Assembly: GCA_002633005.1 (NCBI GenBank)
Contig: NMRA01000551.1
Location: forward strand, 13,635-77,634
Source of the DNA: Phoronis australis
Taxonomy: Eukaryota; Animalia; Phoronida
Direction of reading: 5' to 3'
Length of the DNA: 64,000 nt
Part shown: positions 10,435-23,601 of the stretch, piece by piece
Layout of the letters: the number at the start of each line of letters is the position of its first letter
How positions within the stretch are numbered: the stretch's first letter is position 1
Notes under the pieces: model-generated
Seen by the model: only the letters and a program-made list of their open reading frames with translations
Databases searched by the model: none
What the model was told of the DNA's origin: nothing
Translations under genes and position numbers: made by a program

Positions 10435-13400
10435 CTAATGAAAAAAAAATTAAGAACTGAAAATTTCCAGACTGAGATAAAATCCTCATAAAGCAAGAGA
10501 AGAAAGTTTGCTCACTTTTGTAAACAAGTTGCTTTGTTTGTATGACTGTCCTTTGATTTTATGTACATGGTGAGTTTGAGCGAGTAGGTATGAAAATCGT
10601 CAACACTATCGTGCATTTAATGAATTAATGGCAGTTGCAAACTTTTTCCATCGCGCTCGAGTCTAAAGGCGGTAATTTACATATATATAATGAAAATGGG
10701 TTAGTTTTTATATTCTCGTTTCTGGAGACTTGAAAACACGTTTATGAAAAGCAAGTGGCACTTACGGAAAGCACTGTTATCGCTGAAAAGCTTATCAACT
10801 TTTTGAAATGAAAAAATAACTAAAGTATTGTTGAAGAATATGTAAGAACGAATATAATGTCACGGCATGGTAATTAAAGTTCACTGTCACTTGGAGACGA
10901 GTTCAACTTTTCCTTTGTGAAACAAATCTTACTTTTGTTTAACAACCTTTCTGGCTAGAAAAACGACCAGCAGCACCAGTAAGACTAACAGACAGAATCC
11001 ACCGGCGCCCATCAAACTCGAACCTGAAACAGTTGGTTAACCGTTATCTCAGACTTCTTCTTCCCACACTAAAGGTAGAATACACTGCTAAGTGCATTAC
11101 GTTTGTCAATACGTATAGTAACTCCAGTTTCCAAAGCTACTCGCCCTTGGAGTAAGGTAAAAAATAACGTGACTAGTTCTGGTCTGCGTTTTTTTTTTTT
11201 TTTTGAAAATTGATGCTGTGACGAGACTCCACTGAAATTCGACCAAAGAGCACATAAGGCAAAATGCATCGACAATGCTGCTGCTACCGTGTATTTTCGG
11301 CCGTCTCGCATTATCAGTTTCCTGGAGCACAATCGAACTTAATCAACAGGTTTGTCAAAATAGGGATCGATATAATAACACTATCGCCTCAACAAATGAG
11401 ACGCTAGATTTAAGTACTTTGGATTTTTCAACATTCAGCACTACCCTTGGTTGTCATGAATGCTCTTTGGTATTTATGATAATTCTTGATAGCTTATAAT
11501 TTTGAGCCATTGTTAACCGTGTAATAACAGGTTGGCGAGGACTGGAGTTCACATTTATCTTGGTGATAAGCTATAGTTAATTAAATGATCGACTGTCTCA
11601 CAAAAATATATAATAATGGAATCATAAAAGTTAATAATATCAAAATATAACAATTTGCGATATGATCAACTTGACAAGGATTGTTCAATTTAGCGAAACT
11701 GAAACAAGCAAACGACAGAAACTCACTTATCGGCGACAGCGAGTCTTGTAGAAACGACGCATCTCCAGTTTTTCCGGTGTTGACGTTTGAAACCTCAGAC
11801 AAAAGAATTTGATCTGTTGTCGGTTGTAGGGTAATCGTCGTGGTGATTGTAGTTGGTATTGTAGTATTTGCTGCGGTTGTGCTCCTAGTGGTAGATGTAG
11901 TTGTGTCAGGTGTGATTGTAGTTGTGGGTCTGGTTGTAGTTGTGGGTCTGGTTGTAGTTGTGGGTGTGGTTGTAGTTGTGGGTGTGGTTGTAGTTGTGGG
12001 TGTGGTTGTAGTTGTGGGTGTGGTTGTAGTTGTGGGTGTGGTTATAGTTGTGGGTGTGGTTGTAGTTGTGGGTATGGTTATAGTTGGGGGTATGGTTGTA
12101 GTTGTGGGTATGGTTGTAGTTGGGGGTATGGTTGTGGTTGTAGTTGTGGGTGTAGTTACTGTTGTAGGTGTGGTAGTGGATGGGGTGGCAGTTGTGGGTG
12201 TGGTTATAGTTGTGGTTATGGTTGTAGTCGTGGGTGTTGTTGTGGATGTGATTGCAGATGTGTATGTGGTTGTAGCTGTGGGTGAAGTTGGAGTGGCGGG
12301 CATGTTTGTAGTAGTGGTTGAGATTGAAGATTTTGATATGGATATATGTGTTGGTGTGGTTGTTGCAAATGTTGAGGTGTTTGTTGTAGTGGGCGTGGCT
12401 GTAGTTGGGGGTGTGGTTGTACTTAGAGGTGCGCCAGTAGTCGTGGGTGCTATTGTAGGTGCTTGTGTAGTTGTAGTGGTTGTAACTGTTGCTGGTGTGG
12501 TTGTAATTGTTGGTGTGGTTGTAGGCGTGGTTGTTGTAGTGGGCGCCATCGTTGCTATGTGTGTGGTCGTAGTCGTTGGTGTGTATGTAGTTGTTGGTGT
12601 GTTTGTAGTTGTTGGTGTGGTTGTAGTTGCAGGTGTGATCGTAGTTGTGGTTTTACTAATGACTGTGGTCGTAGGTATGAGTGTTGTTGTAGTTCCTGGT
12701 GTGGTCTTAGTTGTGGGTGCGGTTTTGGTAGTTGGTGTAGCTTGGTTTGACAGTGTAGTCGTAACTACGGGTACCGTTGTAGTGATTGGCGTGCTTTTAG
12801 TCACAAAAGTGATTTCATTGATAGTTGCGGAAGTAGTAGTGGTTGTGGTCGTAGTTTTGAATTTGGTTGTAAATGTTGGTGTGGTTGTGGGTGTGGGTGT
12901 CTTTGTTGTACTAGGCGTGGTCATGGCTGTGCGTGATGTTGTAGTTGTGGGCGTGGTTGTGGCTGTGGATCTGCTTGTAGTTTTCGGTCGAATCAGTTCT
13001 GAAAAAATTTTAAAAAACTACACAATTCAAGCGAACTTGTTTAGCACACATAGTGCTGGTGACTTGTGTCTGGAACAACTATTTGTTGTAACATTTGTTT
13101 TTATTAATGAAAAATATCACGACATGTCTATGATTCTTACACTATGAATTACCGTTTGCAAATTTATTGCCCCTATGTTGGTAAAAATAATTAATTTTCA
13201 TTCAAATAGCAAGTAATATATATGATTTTTATGAGATTTTCAAATAATTACAATAACTATAAGTAGCTTCATGTTTGTTAAATCGTTAGAAGCATACAAG
13301 TATGTATACTATTAGTTCTGTGTTTGGAAGTCTTGGAACCCAGTCAACACCATCATCATTTCTTTAGATTGTGGAAGTTGGTTTCGATAAAATGTCCTTG

Positions 13401-16400
13401 AAAGGTTAGCAAACACGGTTTTGGCCTACTAACAGATATTAAAAACGATCTTTCCACCCGGTTCTCTGAAACTAAATATTGGACTGTAAGCCTCGACAAC
13501 CCTCAAAACTTTGGACCTACGCTTCATGCGAGTTACGCGGCAACCGCGGGGAAAGACCACCCACCTATAACTACAATATCCAACCTGTGACAGGGAGTAT
13601 ATGAGTTTTGATTTCAGTCCTGCTTTTATGTCTTTAAGTCCTGCTCTCACGCGTTGTTAACTCTTATTACATGGTTAGAGGATGTTATAAGGGTCCAAGA
13701 TGTACCTACCCCACAACTAATACACGATCCGTACTCGAAAAAAGTTTAAATGAACGCGCCACTCACGATTCGCACCCGAAGAACCACCGCCATTTTGAAC
13801 TTGCCGCGAACCCGGAAGTACAATTCATTCAGGAACCCAGGCCGAGAAAACGCCGTCAGTGCGACTGGAGCAGTGCCTGTACTGTTACCAGCCAGCAAAC
13901 GGGGATAAAATAATCGAAAGCGCGCATTAATTTTAATAAAATCAAAATGCGGACAATTTTATCGAATTTGCTGAAGAAATATGGCGAATAAATTTTGACA
14001 GAAATTATTTTGCCAGACTCGGGACCTCAGCCTATCGGACCCGGTGCCGATCGAGACCAGACACTGGCGAACGGTAAACGCATGCGGTTGCAAGCTGTTT
14101 TGTCGAAGTAAAATGGTCAAATCATAAATGCTGCATNNNNNNNNNNNNNNNNNNNNNNNNNNNNNNNNNNNNNNNNNNNNNNNNNNNNNNNNNNNNNNNN
14201 NNNNNNNNNNNNNNNNNNNNNNNNNNNNNNNNNNNNNNNNNNNNNNNNNNNNNNNNNNNNNNNNNNNNNNNNNNNNNNNNNNNNNNNNNNNNNNNNNNNN
14301 NNNNNNNNNNNNNNNNNNNNNNNNNNNNNNNNNNNNNNNNNNNNNNNNNNNNNNNNNNNNNNNNNNNNNNNNNNNNNNNNNNNNNNNNNNNNNNNNNNNN
14401 NNNNNNNNNNNNNNNNNNNNNNNNNNNNNNNNNNNNTAATTTTAATTACCGGTGTTAATTAATAAACTCAACATTTCCCTACGCTCTTACTGTTTTATTT
14501 TTTGCGGCAGCCAAGGAGGGGGGGGGGCCGGGCCCCCTAGGCCCCCTCCCCTAAATCCGCCTATGGGTTAGTCCTGTGTCACACTGCCGCAGCAGATCTT
14601 AGTTAGCCTCAGTCACCAGCTACCAGTGAAGACTATAGTCAAAATACAGCTTGTTAGTAGGCCTATACAGCTTTGCGCCAAGGCTACCCTGGCCGCAGCG
14701 CTCGCTCAAACGAGGTTTATTTAGAACTTGAGTACTTCTCGCGAACTGTGCAAAGTTGTTGGGTTTTAATAGAGATTTTCCCAGACTTTGTATGAGCGCA
14801 CCAAGCCTAAAACAATGGGGGGCTGGAATTTTCGGGAATGTCTATCTTTTACTATAAGATTCAATGGGTATGTTCAGAGCTATGAATTGCAGACGCTAAA
14901 TTTTGGTACTTCCTGTCTTCTAGTGGAATGTTGTCTCATTTTCTACTTTTTTCGGAATTCGGGCTTCTCTGACTGAGGCAGACCTTTTTCCAGTACTCCA
15001 AAAAGGGAGCTCGTTAGAGCACATAAGTATGAGAAGTCCAACACAAAATGTCATCATTTTTATTCATTAACCCAAAATGATTCAAACTTTTAACATAATA
15101 CATAACTTAAAATGCACAATACTTTACAACATTTAGCATTACAAACACTATTCAGCAGCAAGTTTCCATGATATGAAAGTGGACATACATGTAACTATTA
15201 CCATGGTGACGAAATAGTGTTTCCTTACACCAGAATTTGACAAGCATCATTTAAAAAAATATGAAGTTGCAAGGAACAAGAATTAGAGGCTTGAATCTTC
15301 ACAATCCAATATAGCTTATTTCTCAATTTAAGATTATTCATATCGTTGACTTGATAACCTGAATTAAGAAGCAATAAGTTACAAAACATGACTTGAAAGC
15401 AATTGAGACTTAAAATTTAGAAAAATATGAATCATTTTGTGACACCGAATCAAGTCTTGAACAGCAGTTGACAGTCTAACAAAAAACCATTTCAAAATTA
15501 TTTCAACTATTTTTTAGCTTAGTGTAAGATCACCTGAATGGGAAATTTACAGTAAAATAATTCGAATACATCTTATATTTTTGCACAAAAAAACACGAAA
15601 ATTGAACAAAGTTTCTTTTTTGTAGCAACGTTTGTCAAAATGTATCAACGCTAAATCTTCACAAATTACAAAGTAGCCGATTGAACATGCCTTTCAGTTC
15701 AGCAAAATTCGCCATGTTTTCGGTGCCGCCAGAAATGAGACCAAGTCCAACGGGAATTGTGAGCACATTTATCACTTAATGAGTCACAACTGCAAGTCTG
15801 AAATTTGGTGAACACTGTTAAATCGTGCAGAATAGCAAGTAAAGATATGTCTAACTAAATTTCACTGTAATTTGTTGGCGAAAACAAATTACACAAAGTT
15901 TTAAACTCCTAACTTATCCCGCTGTCCTCCAATATGGCCGACGCGATCCAAACAAAGTGACCCAAATTTCGCCACAAAACTTGCAATAACTTTACACTGT
16001 TTGCCCTGATTTTGATACTTTTTCGATTTTTACTGAGTAGAATGCACTACCTTTCCGATGATAGCAAAGTACTTTTTCAAAACGAGAAAAAAAATAAAAC
16101 CGAAAAAAAATAGTTCGACCCATATTGGTTCTTAGGTTCGACCGGCCTACGTAAGGAATTAAACACCAATGGTATTTTAACATAGGAAGTACGCGTAACA
16201 TTCCAAAAAAAATCAACGACCACTAACTACAAACTACAAATACACTACATATGCAAACGAATCACGAGATATTACTAATAAAACAAAATAATGAAGACTT
16301 TTCGAGCAAGCGATAGCACATTCAGTTATAAGGAAAAAATGGCGGCGTTCAGGACAAGTTCCTGAACTGATGAGCCGGAAATGTGGGTACGGAAATAACC

Positions 16401-19400
16401 GATGACAGCCAGTAATTATACGCTCACAGAGAAGGGTCAAATACTGTTAAAAAATCGCTTTTGGCAAGAAAGGCGAAAAGAATATAAAGAAAGGTTGTCG
16501 AAAATAAGAAATTATGTAGTAAGTATTTTCGGATACTGGAACCACATGGGCAGTTTGAGAGCAGGCCTTTAAGTGGGACACCAATGATGCAATAGTAGAA
16601 GACAGAACGACAGTTGGTTGAAATCATCAAAACATTGTTCAGTATCCTTTTAAATTGAGGTGCTTGTTATTTTAATTACCACAGAATTCGACAATGAAAC
16701 TCAATTGGCTGAGAACATAAGCACTGAATTGAATGAACATGACTAGTCTGCAGAAGAATTTTTAACTCCATTGTGTGAAACGCGTCATTTTCCCTCTGTG
16801 TTACCCTACAGTACGCACTTGATAGTTATCAATAGTTTGTGCATGTAACGAATCGCCCGCCATCACTTTGAATCCCGTCCACATCACTAGTGCAGTCCTT
16901 CACGACTTGGTAATCAACTATCGCATACGACTAACACGTGTTGCGACATAATTTTCGAGCTAAAGTCTAATAGGATTAGTCGATTGAAAAAAGTGCCCGT
17001 TTATATTTCGACTCGGGTACTGGAAATCGTATCTGACACTTGGACCACTGTACACTCTTTCATAGTGCTACGAAAGGTAGCACTTTCAGTATAGGTGGCG
17101 CTGTGAAACACGGTAGGACTGCTCACACACATACAAACTGCTTCAGTCCTAACCTACTGGTATCTGTGGCCTGATGCATGAAAAGTGAGTTCAGGGCTGA
17201 AGTCGGAAATTTTGTCCCGCGCTCCCGTGTCACAAGTTATGAAAAGCTACTTTGTAAAGTAATTCTCATCACAGAATATTAATAATTGATGCAAAATACC
17301 CGTTTCATTAGCAATATTCGGAGACTTAGGGATTTCATTTTTAATTAAGATTACAGTGTTTTTCAAAAATAGTTGTGCAAAAAGAATTTTTTTATTTGAA
17401 AGTAACTTTTCACGAATCAGACCCTGGGCATGAGTCAATAATTAATAGTGCTACTATTATAACTATTCAGAAACCTCATGTTGCACTCACCGTATTGACA
17501 GACGAAGTTATTGGGCTCGTGACATTTTCGGTCATTCCACTGAGAACGCTGTATATTCCAGATTCCCTCATATCGTACTTCCACGCACTCTTCTTCTCTA
17601 TTACTTGGTTCGTACGGTCCCCAGTTGGTGAAACCCACTTCCGTTCCTTTTTAAAAAATCGAATGTGCCCCTATTTAATAATCGTTTCTTTGCCTCATAT
17701 CAGGTCACTTACTTTGCCCTGACTCATATAATAGTTATTAATCTATAGAAAACGTTGGCACTGAAAATCGGTTTATTGCTTCATAGCATTGTACAAGCCA
17801 CTGATGCACTCATGATATTCAAAACAAAAAACAAAGACAAATTGCAGTTTCGCTTAAATTAAAAATTTAACGAACGGTTTTGATTGCCCCAAGGTATTAC
17901 AAAAACATTACCGTCAGTCCATTGCCATTTCCGGTCAGCGTCTCTCTTCCAGGTGGCACCTATCCAGTAGTTTCCAACAAACATCCTGTCATGTTTGTCT
18001 TTGTTTTCAATAAACTCTATCAGCTTCTTTTGAGTTTCCGGGTTCTCAACGCGAGCTAAATAGCCCTTCTCTCCGTTAAAACGTTTCTTTTCGCATGCTA
18101 ATTTGGCCTGGGACCAGGTTGAACCCTCATCGCTGTTAGTAAAATCCCGCAGAACACCTCCGAAGTAGTAACAGCTGGTGCCAATTTGTTGACAACGAAA
18201 TACCCATGGATCCGTGCTCTTATCAAAGCAGTAGTCATCCGAGTGTTCGCACTTAATATTATCTAAAACATGCATAACAAAGCAATTACACAACAGAAAT
18301 ACAGGACATCGTTACTTCCACAAGTGAACAAAAACTGAGTTCTGTAGACCGCAAGACCAAAGTTCGTGCTGTGCCTTGAGGCGAAACTTTTCTATTATGG
18401 AACGCTAGCGGTGAATTCAATGGCACCATCCAACACTCTCATCTCGCGTCCCAATTACAAAAGTGGCCGCCATCGGATAGGCTAAAGATCTTGCGTGATT
18501 TTGATTTTCTTGCAAAAAATCGTGTTCTACGGAACACTATACCACCCTTGCCATTGCTTACGTAATCTTTTTCATTAACGAGTAATTTTTCAACTTTTAA
18601 CCAGGGCGATCTTAATAAAAAATGTTAAGTGAAATGTACCCATGTTTGCTCGGTATATTATCTACAACAAGATATTGAAAGAATACTACCACAGAAACAC
18701 ATTGGACATTTTTTTCAAAATCTTCCGATTTCCATAAACTAGCGATTTGGGAAAACCAAGGCGATGGAACGTTTTACTTCTGGACATAAGGTCTCATCTT
18801 CACGTATCTGGACAACCAGAAATGTTCTATCGGTGTACGTGTAGCGGTAATTCTAGCTCCCAAATATAGGCTCATAGGCCTACATTCCGCAAGTGGACCA
18901 ATAGGCCTACATTCGTTACCACAAGTAAAATTTTCCAGGGTTTATAGACTGAAGAATGTCACCGAGTGTCAACTAAGTCTTTAGAGAAACATGATATACC
19001 TGGATTTTTCGTAAACAGGACCCACAACTACCGGCCAACGAGCCTATAATTGGAAAATTTTGCGTACATAGGCATCTATGCCCGCTTTTGAAACCGCAAT
19101 CAAATTTCTTAAGGTTTACAGGGTTTCCGAAACTGAGCAGTGTCGGAAAATGTCAAACAAAAACGAGCCTTCCTAAGATACAGGACATGTTTCAATTCTG
19201 CACTTTTACAAAATAATTTTCTTTATTATACACATTGATCCTCATTCGTTGGCTGGCACATTTTCCCATTATAAGCGCCCTCGTTTTCAAATGCACTGTC
19301 ATGGTTGTGTCCCGAGGTACTAAAAAGGTAAATAATATATTTTCCAAATATATAGCCTGGACTTATTACCATTTATTTCCGTTAATTTATTTCAGTACGC

Positions 19401-22400
19401 TTTTGGGCTTATCTGTAAAATAAACTTCATTAACGGCTCAAATTCAGTTTCCAAAACCTGGCAATCATCAACGACCTTCCTATTAGTGTTTCACAGAAAC
19501 TTTTCACTCGTTCATAGATTACTGTTATGAATTATTTTAAAACACATGTCATAAAAAGTTATGAACCTGGTTGCACCAGCGCCAGCTGCTTCGTGTGTAA
19601 CTACTTTTTTAAAACATGCCAAGAAAATTTATTTTAGTATGGACTGCCACCAAATTGAAACTATCTTGAAATTCCTTTTTCCTGTAGCGTGTATTTTTCT
19701 GGCGGCATCGTATTAAGCAGACTCCTGTGGCGATCTGTTTCATGAAGAGTGACTTACGACATAAGACAGAAATTTAGTCATAGCCTACACACAACTGTTT
19801 CTAAAAATAATTTAATCTCACTTGAGCAAAAGTGCAAAGTCTCTCAGAATATATAGATAACTGCTGAGGAAATTCCTATAAACTATTTCTAGACTATAAT
19901 GAGCACGGAATGTGCACGATTAAGTTACACCGAAATTGAAGGACGTTGCACCTAACGATTTTGTGTGACAATGCAATGTCGCTACTGCTATCCGACAGTT
20001 CTGACGCACCTAACCCGAGGACGATACTGCTGCCACCTAACGGCGTCAAAACAAGTCAACCATGTATTGTATCTGATACCATCTCCTTTTCGTACAATCT
20101 TGGGGTTTAAACACCGGGAGGTAAACTCTCCATATCACAAGTAAGTGATTTGGAGTTTACACCTCTAAGTCACTGGGATCATTTGACACACGAGTTACAG
20201 GGCGATCATTTAACAATTTTTCTGCACAAACCGTTTTGATCCAGTATACTGGCTCATCCATTAAGGCTTTAAAAAGTTCCGAATATTCCGTATACACCGT
20301 ATCAATATTCTCTTCCACTAGCTGGATTTAAAACCCAATTTACTGTTTTCTACAGTAAATAATCGTGGATCTACACCATGAATCTATAAACTTTGGCTTT
20401 CCAATAACATCGCTACCATGCCACTGTGAGTACTGTAAAGCGTGACGGTCAGTAGGCGGCACCCCCACTTGGCGGAACATGACATTGACATCGCCTATGA
20501 TTCAGTAAGGTAACATAAATTGAACAGAAAATGAAATTTTAGGATACTATGAATTCACGAAGGGCTGCGCATGAGCTCAACATGAAAACATGTCCCTTTC
20601 ACTTTCCACCAACATAAATCTGCATGACAACGGGAGGCCCGCAAAACAACCTTGAAAAGGAAATCCATAACCGCACAGGTGAGTGACAAACACACGCGAC
20701 TGTGGGACTACCTGACAACTAATAAATAAAAAACAAAGCAATGAACACTATATATACACTGCTTCTACCAATAGACTTGTCTCTCTTGCTTAAACTTATA
20801 GGTTGGACTTACCAAACTGACATATGAACTTGGATGGAACCTTCACTAGAACCTTAACGTCTTTATTTTCATCGTTCCACTTGTAGTGACCTCTTTTTTG
20901 AGTGTCGCCGTAAGTCCCATACCTGAATTACACATCAAGCTCTACGTCAGTAGTCTCAGTGGCGAAAGCCTAAATATTATGCCAATAGCCGCGCTTGTGA
21001 ACAAGACATAGGAGTGAAGGCAGCTACCCCCAAATACTCCCCCAGTTATGATAACCATAATTGAACAAATATTCCGAAGGATAAATAGTTGACATCGTTA
21101 ACGGGTGAAGAAGCGATCCAAACTGAGCAACATTTTACGTAGATACAGTGCAGTATACGGCTTTGGTAGGCTAACTCTGAAATAAGATGTACAGTGTATT
21201 CCTCTATCATTTGGTTCACGGGGGAAAAGAGAATGTTCTGCTAGTGCCATGGTCAACTAAATACTAATTGCTATGTGTCTTGTAACCACGCTGAACCTAA
21301 TTTTTTCTACCATAGGATTTCTACTTTTAGCGCCACTAACTGCAAAATTAGATTACTATAGAATGAGATGCAACTCGTCGGATAATGCGTTCAAACCATT
21401 TGAAAACAGGAGAAACGCTAGTACGATAATTCACTTCCTCTGGTGTTTCATACAGTGAACGCAATTATTCAGCTCAGCCTGTTTTTAATGGACATCACCA
21501 TTAATTTACCACAACTGAATGCGGTCCTCTTCCCCTCCATTGTCATTAGGCTCTCCCTCCATCCAATTAAACCACGTGACCTCGTCGCCGTTCGTCCAGT
21601 ACCAGCGCTTGAAAGTCCTTGCTCCGATCCAGTAATTATATTTCCTATCATTCACTAGGTCATTGAGAAAATTCTGTTGTTTCTGATTTTGGATGCTCGC
21701 AAGAGTCCCCCCACGTGACAAACACATTTCCTTCGCCTCAAACCAGCTCTTCTTGTCATTGTCATTTATTTCGAAGTACAACTGCTCGTCAAACTGCTTT
21801 CCATGTGGGCAACGCGGTAAAACGGCTCCTGAAAGTAAAAGGATATGTAAATTAGGCATTCAAGTCTTCTGATAAAAACTTAATTTTGATTTTGACCATC
21901 TACGGTTATGAAGTTGGTCTCCTTATTCCAAGTATATGCGATTTCTCAGCTTGGAAAGAACTGACATTTACTATTCACTGAACACCAACTGGCCTGTCGT
22001 GAGGGATTACTTTATTCGCGGACAATGATCTCAAGCAATGACTGCCATCTGTTGCCAATCTCGAAAAGAACTTGAGTAAAGAACAAATTAATAATGAAAC
22101 TGCCAGTCAAACCTGGCAAAAACTTACAACCCATGTTGTTTTTTCACACATATGTTATGCAACCTCTGGAAAATAAGACATCATCTGTAGATATTGGGCT
22201 AATGTGCGAACTGATGTATGAGCATTGAGTACAATGAAGAAATTGCTTCACAAGCTGTCGCTACCCCCTTGGTCGGATTTTCTCTTCCAAACAACACAAA
22301 TTTTAACTCCATTTTCCTCATTAATATTTTTCCTTGGAGGCATTCAATGATTCCTAACAGATGTCGTCATTTTTCCAGTTATTTGTGTCAATTGTATCTT

Positions 22401-23601
22401 TATGTGACTCACAAATCGTCCATTTGCCTTTCAAGGGAATCACTTTCAACACGGATCAAAACTCCAGTGCACATACATTCTCTCCCTTGTCATGTTGTGT
22501 ACTTAGTGCAGTTGCAATGTGGCACACAGTTGTTTGTACTTAGTTTGGAAACGTACTTTCTCAAGGCTATGTACATGTAGGGCCCTAGACAAATGTCCAA
22601 ATTTGGCTAACTTTGAAGCTTCTTTTTTCAGAAATGGTTGATCTTTTTCATATGAAACTTTCAAATTCTATAATTTATGCACTGTGGTGAAATGTCGTTG
22701 AAATGTTCCAATTTTGCATGATCTTCATGAAAATATTTTTAAGTTGCATCAAACGAAAATAATGATACTTTATAAAACTGAAACTGTGTTTTTGAGAGTT
22801 CACCTTGACCATTCAATCAATCAAATAAAATTTAATCATTTTATTGATACCGTTGTTTTGCTACTAAAAAATCTTTCTTTTTTGCTTAATTTTACAGAAA
22901 GATATGGTCACGTGACCCAATTTATAACAGATCGGTAAAATGTCACATTCATAGCTTTTCCACTTACTGATTCCTAGTTGAAATGTTTAGTTTTGTATAT
23001 ATTTTGCTAAATATGAAAACCTGTCATTGAGGTGCCACATAACCTTAAAGCTACGTAGGACCATAAACAAATGTCCAGTCATGTCTTAAAATGATTGATC
23101 GACTTCATGTAGGTATCCATATGATGTGTTTAGAAAATTGTTCTCCAAAACCGTACTAGGAAGTATGTTTGGAATGTTCCGTTTTTTCGTGATACGCCAT
23201 CAAAAACGAAATGAGGTTAGACGTTGAATATGTGTAAAAGAAGAAAATTGGCCGTGATAGTGATTCCGCTGTTTTGTTGTCAGTGTGGCTTTCTTTTTCT
23301 TAACTTTGACTTACAGACTAGTCACGTATCCGTATTAACAGGATCTCGCTAACATATCAAAGCTATATTCCACCAAGCTTTTGCAGTATTTTTTCTTTGG
23401 AATTGTTCTCGGCCGAAAACAGCGGGTCCCGTGCAAATGGTATTCTAAGTGTTCTACGTCAATGACTAATCCTGTGTTGGATAGCATAGCTGTTTTAGTG
23501 AATTGGAACAGCATTATATGTAAATTGAGTTCAACCGACTTACCTTGGCAGCCAACGTGTGACCACAACAACCAAATAAGTAAAGTCGATAGAAGTCTCA
23601 T
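10119..23601 (-). CDS. Gene A: type I membrane receptor, signal-CTLD-CTLD-mucin stalk-TM-cytoplasmic tail (890 aa)
   Basis: Exons 23601-23544, 21828-21510, 20922-20813, 18262-17912, 17646-17491, 12998-11727, 11023-10933, 10434-10119. All introns are GT-AG with matching phases, total 2673 nt with no internal stop. An exon could be hidden in the N gap. Confidence 0.85.
10933..11023 (-). CDS. Gene A exon 7, transmembrane helix
   Basis: gtttcag|GT...AA|gtaaga. SSLMGAGGFCLLVLLVLLVVFLARKVVKQK. Too short to appear in the ORF track. Confidence 0.85.
11727..12998 (-). CDS. Gene A exon 6, Thr/Pro mucin-like stalk (424 codons)
   Basis: ttttttcag|AA...A|gtgagt, phase 1-1. Contains an 18-bp (PTTTTT)n tandem array at ~11918-12150. 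Confidence 0.88.
14137..14436. other. Assembly gap (300 N)
   Basis: Run of N flanked by transposon-like sequence. Confidence 1.
14437..14565. mobile_element. Right end of a second copy of the 3442-4422 element
   Basis: Closely similar to ~4295-4422, ending CCTAAATCCGCCTATG. Confidence 0.75.
17491..17646 (-). CDS. Gene A exon 5, CTLD2 C-terminal half
   Basis: GTEVGFTNWGPYEPSNREEECVEVR...WNDRKCHEPNNFVCQY (EPS and WND motifs). Donor G|gtgagt; the acceptor is a weaker aaaag. Confidence 0.88.
17912..18262 (-). CDS. Gene A exon 4, CTLD2 N-terminal half
   Basis: gttttag|AT...G|gtaatg. SCYYF...TWSQAKLACE...YLARVE...YWIGAT...WQWTDG. Confidence 0.9.
20813..20922 (-). CDS. Gene A exon 3, CTLD1 C-terminal part
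   Basis: taattcag|G...G|gtaagt (phase 2-1). YGTYGDTQKRGHYKWNDENKDVKVLVKVPSKFICQF. Confidence 0.88.
21510..21828 (-). CDS. Gene A exon 2, CTLD1 N-terminal part
   Basis: tactttcag|GA...TG|gtaaat. KSWFEAKEMCLSRGGTLASI...YWIGA...WYWTNG...FNWMEGEPND. Confidence 0.9.
22560..23047. mobile_element. TTAA-associated MITE family (one end AGCTACGTAGGACCATAGA-like)
   Basis: Related terminal or internal segments at ~23047-23110, ~33500-33620, ~38270-38604 (inverted), ~58740-58991 (inverted) and ~62780-62990. Boundaries approximate. Confidence 0.55.
23544..23601 (-). CDS. Gene A exon 1, signal peptide
   Basis: MRLLSTLLIWLLWSHVGCQ-G, followed by donor AAG|gtaagt (phase 1). Confidence 0.85.

Noticed and set aside
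11840-13147. 435-aa Val/Gly-rich + strand ORF (also 12463-12750, 35263-35562 and 59436-59684)
   Set aside because: Antisense or off-frame shadows of Thr-rich coding exons; ACN repeats lack stops on the opposite strand.
13152-13171. Possible 20-nt microexon of gene A with AG/GT boundaries
   Set aside because: It would break the phase 1-1 frame between exon 5 and the stalk exon.
14128-14439. 103-aa ORF
   Set aside because: Artefact of the N gap.
20200-20320. Minus-strand peptide containing DEPVYWI as an extra CTLD exon
   Set aside because: Bounded by stops, with no compatible splice sites and no other CTLD motifs.
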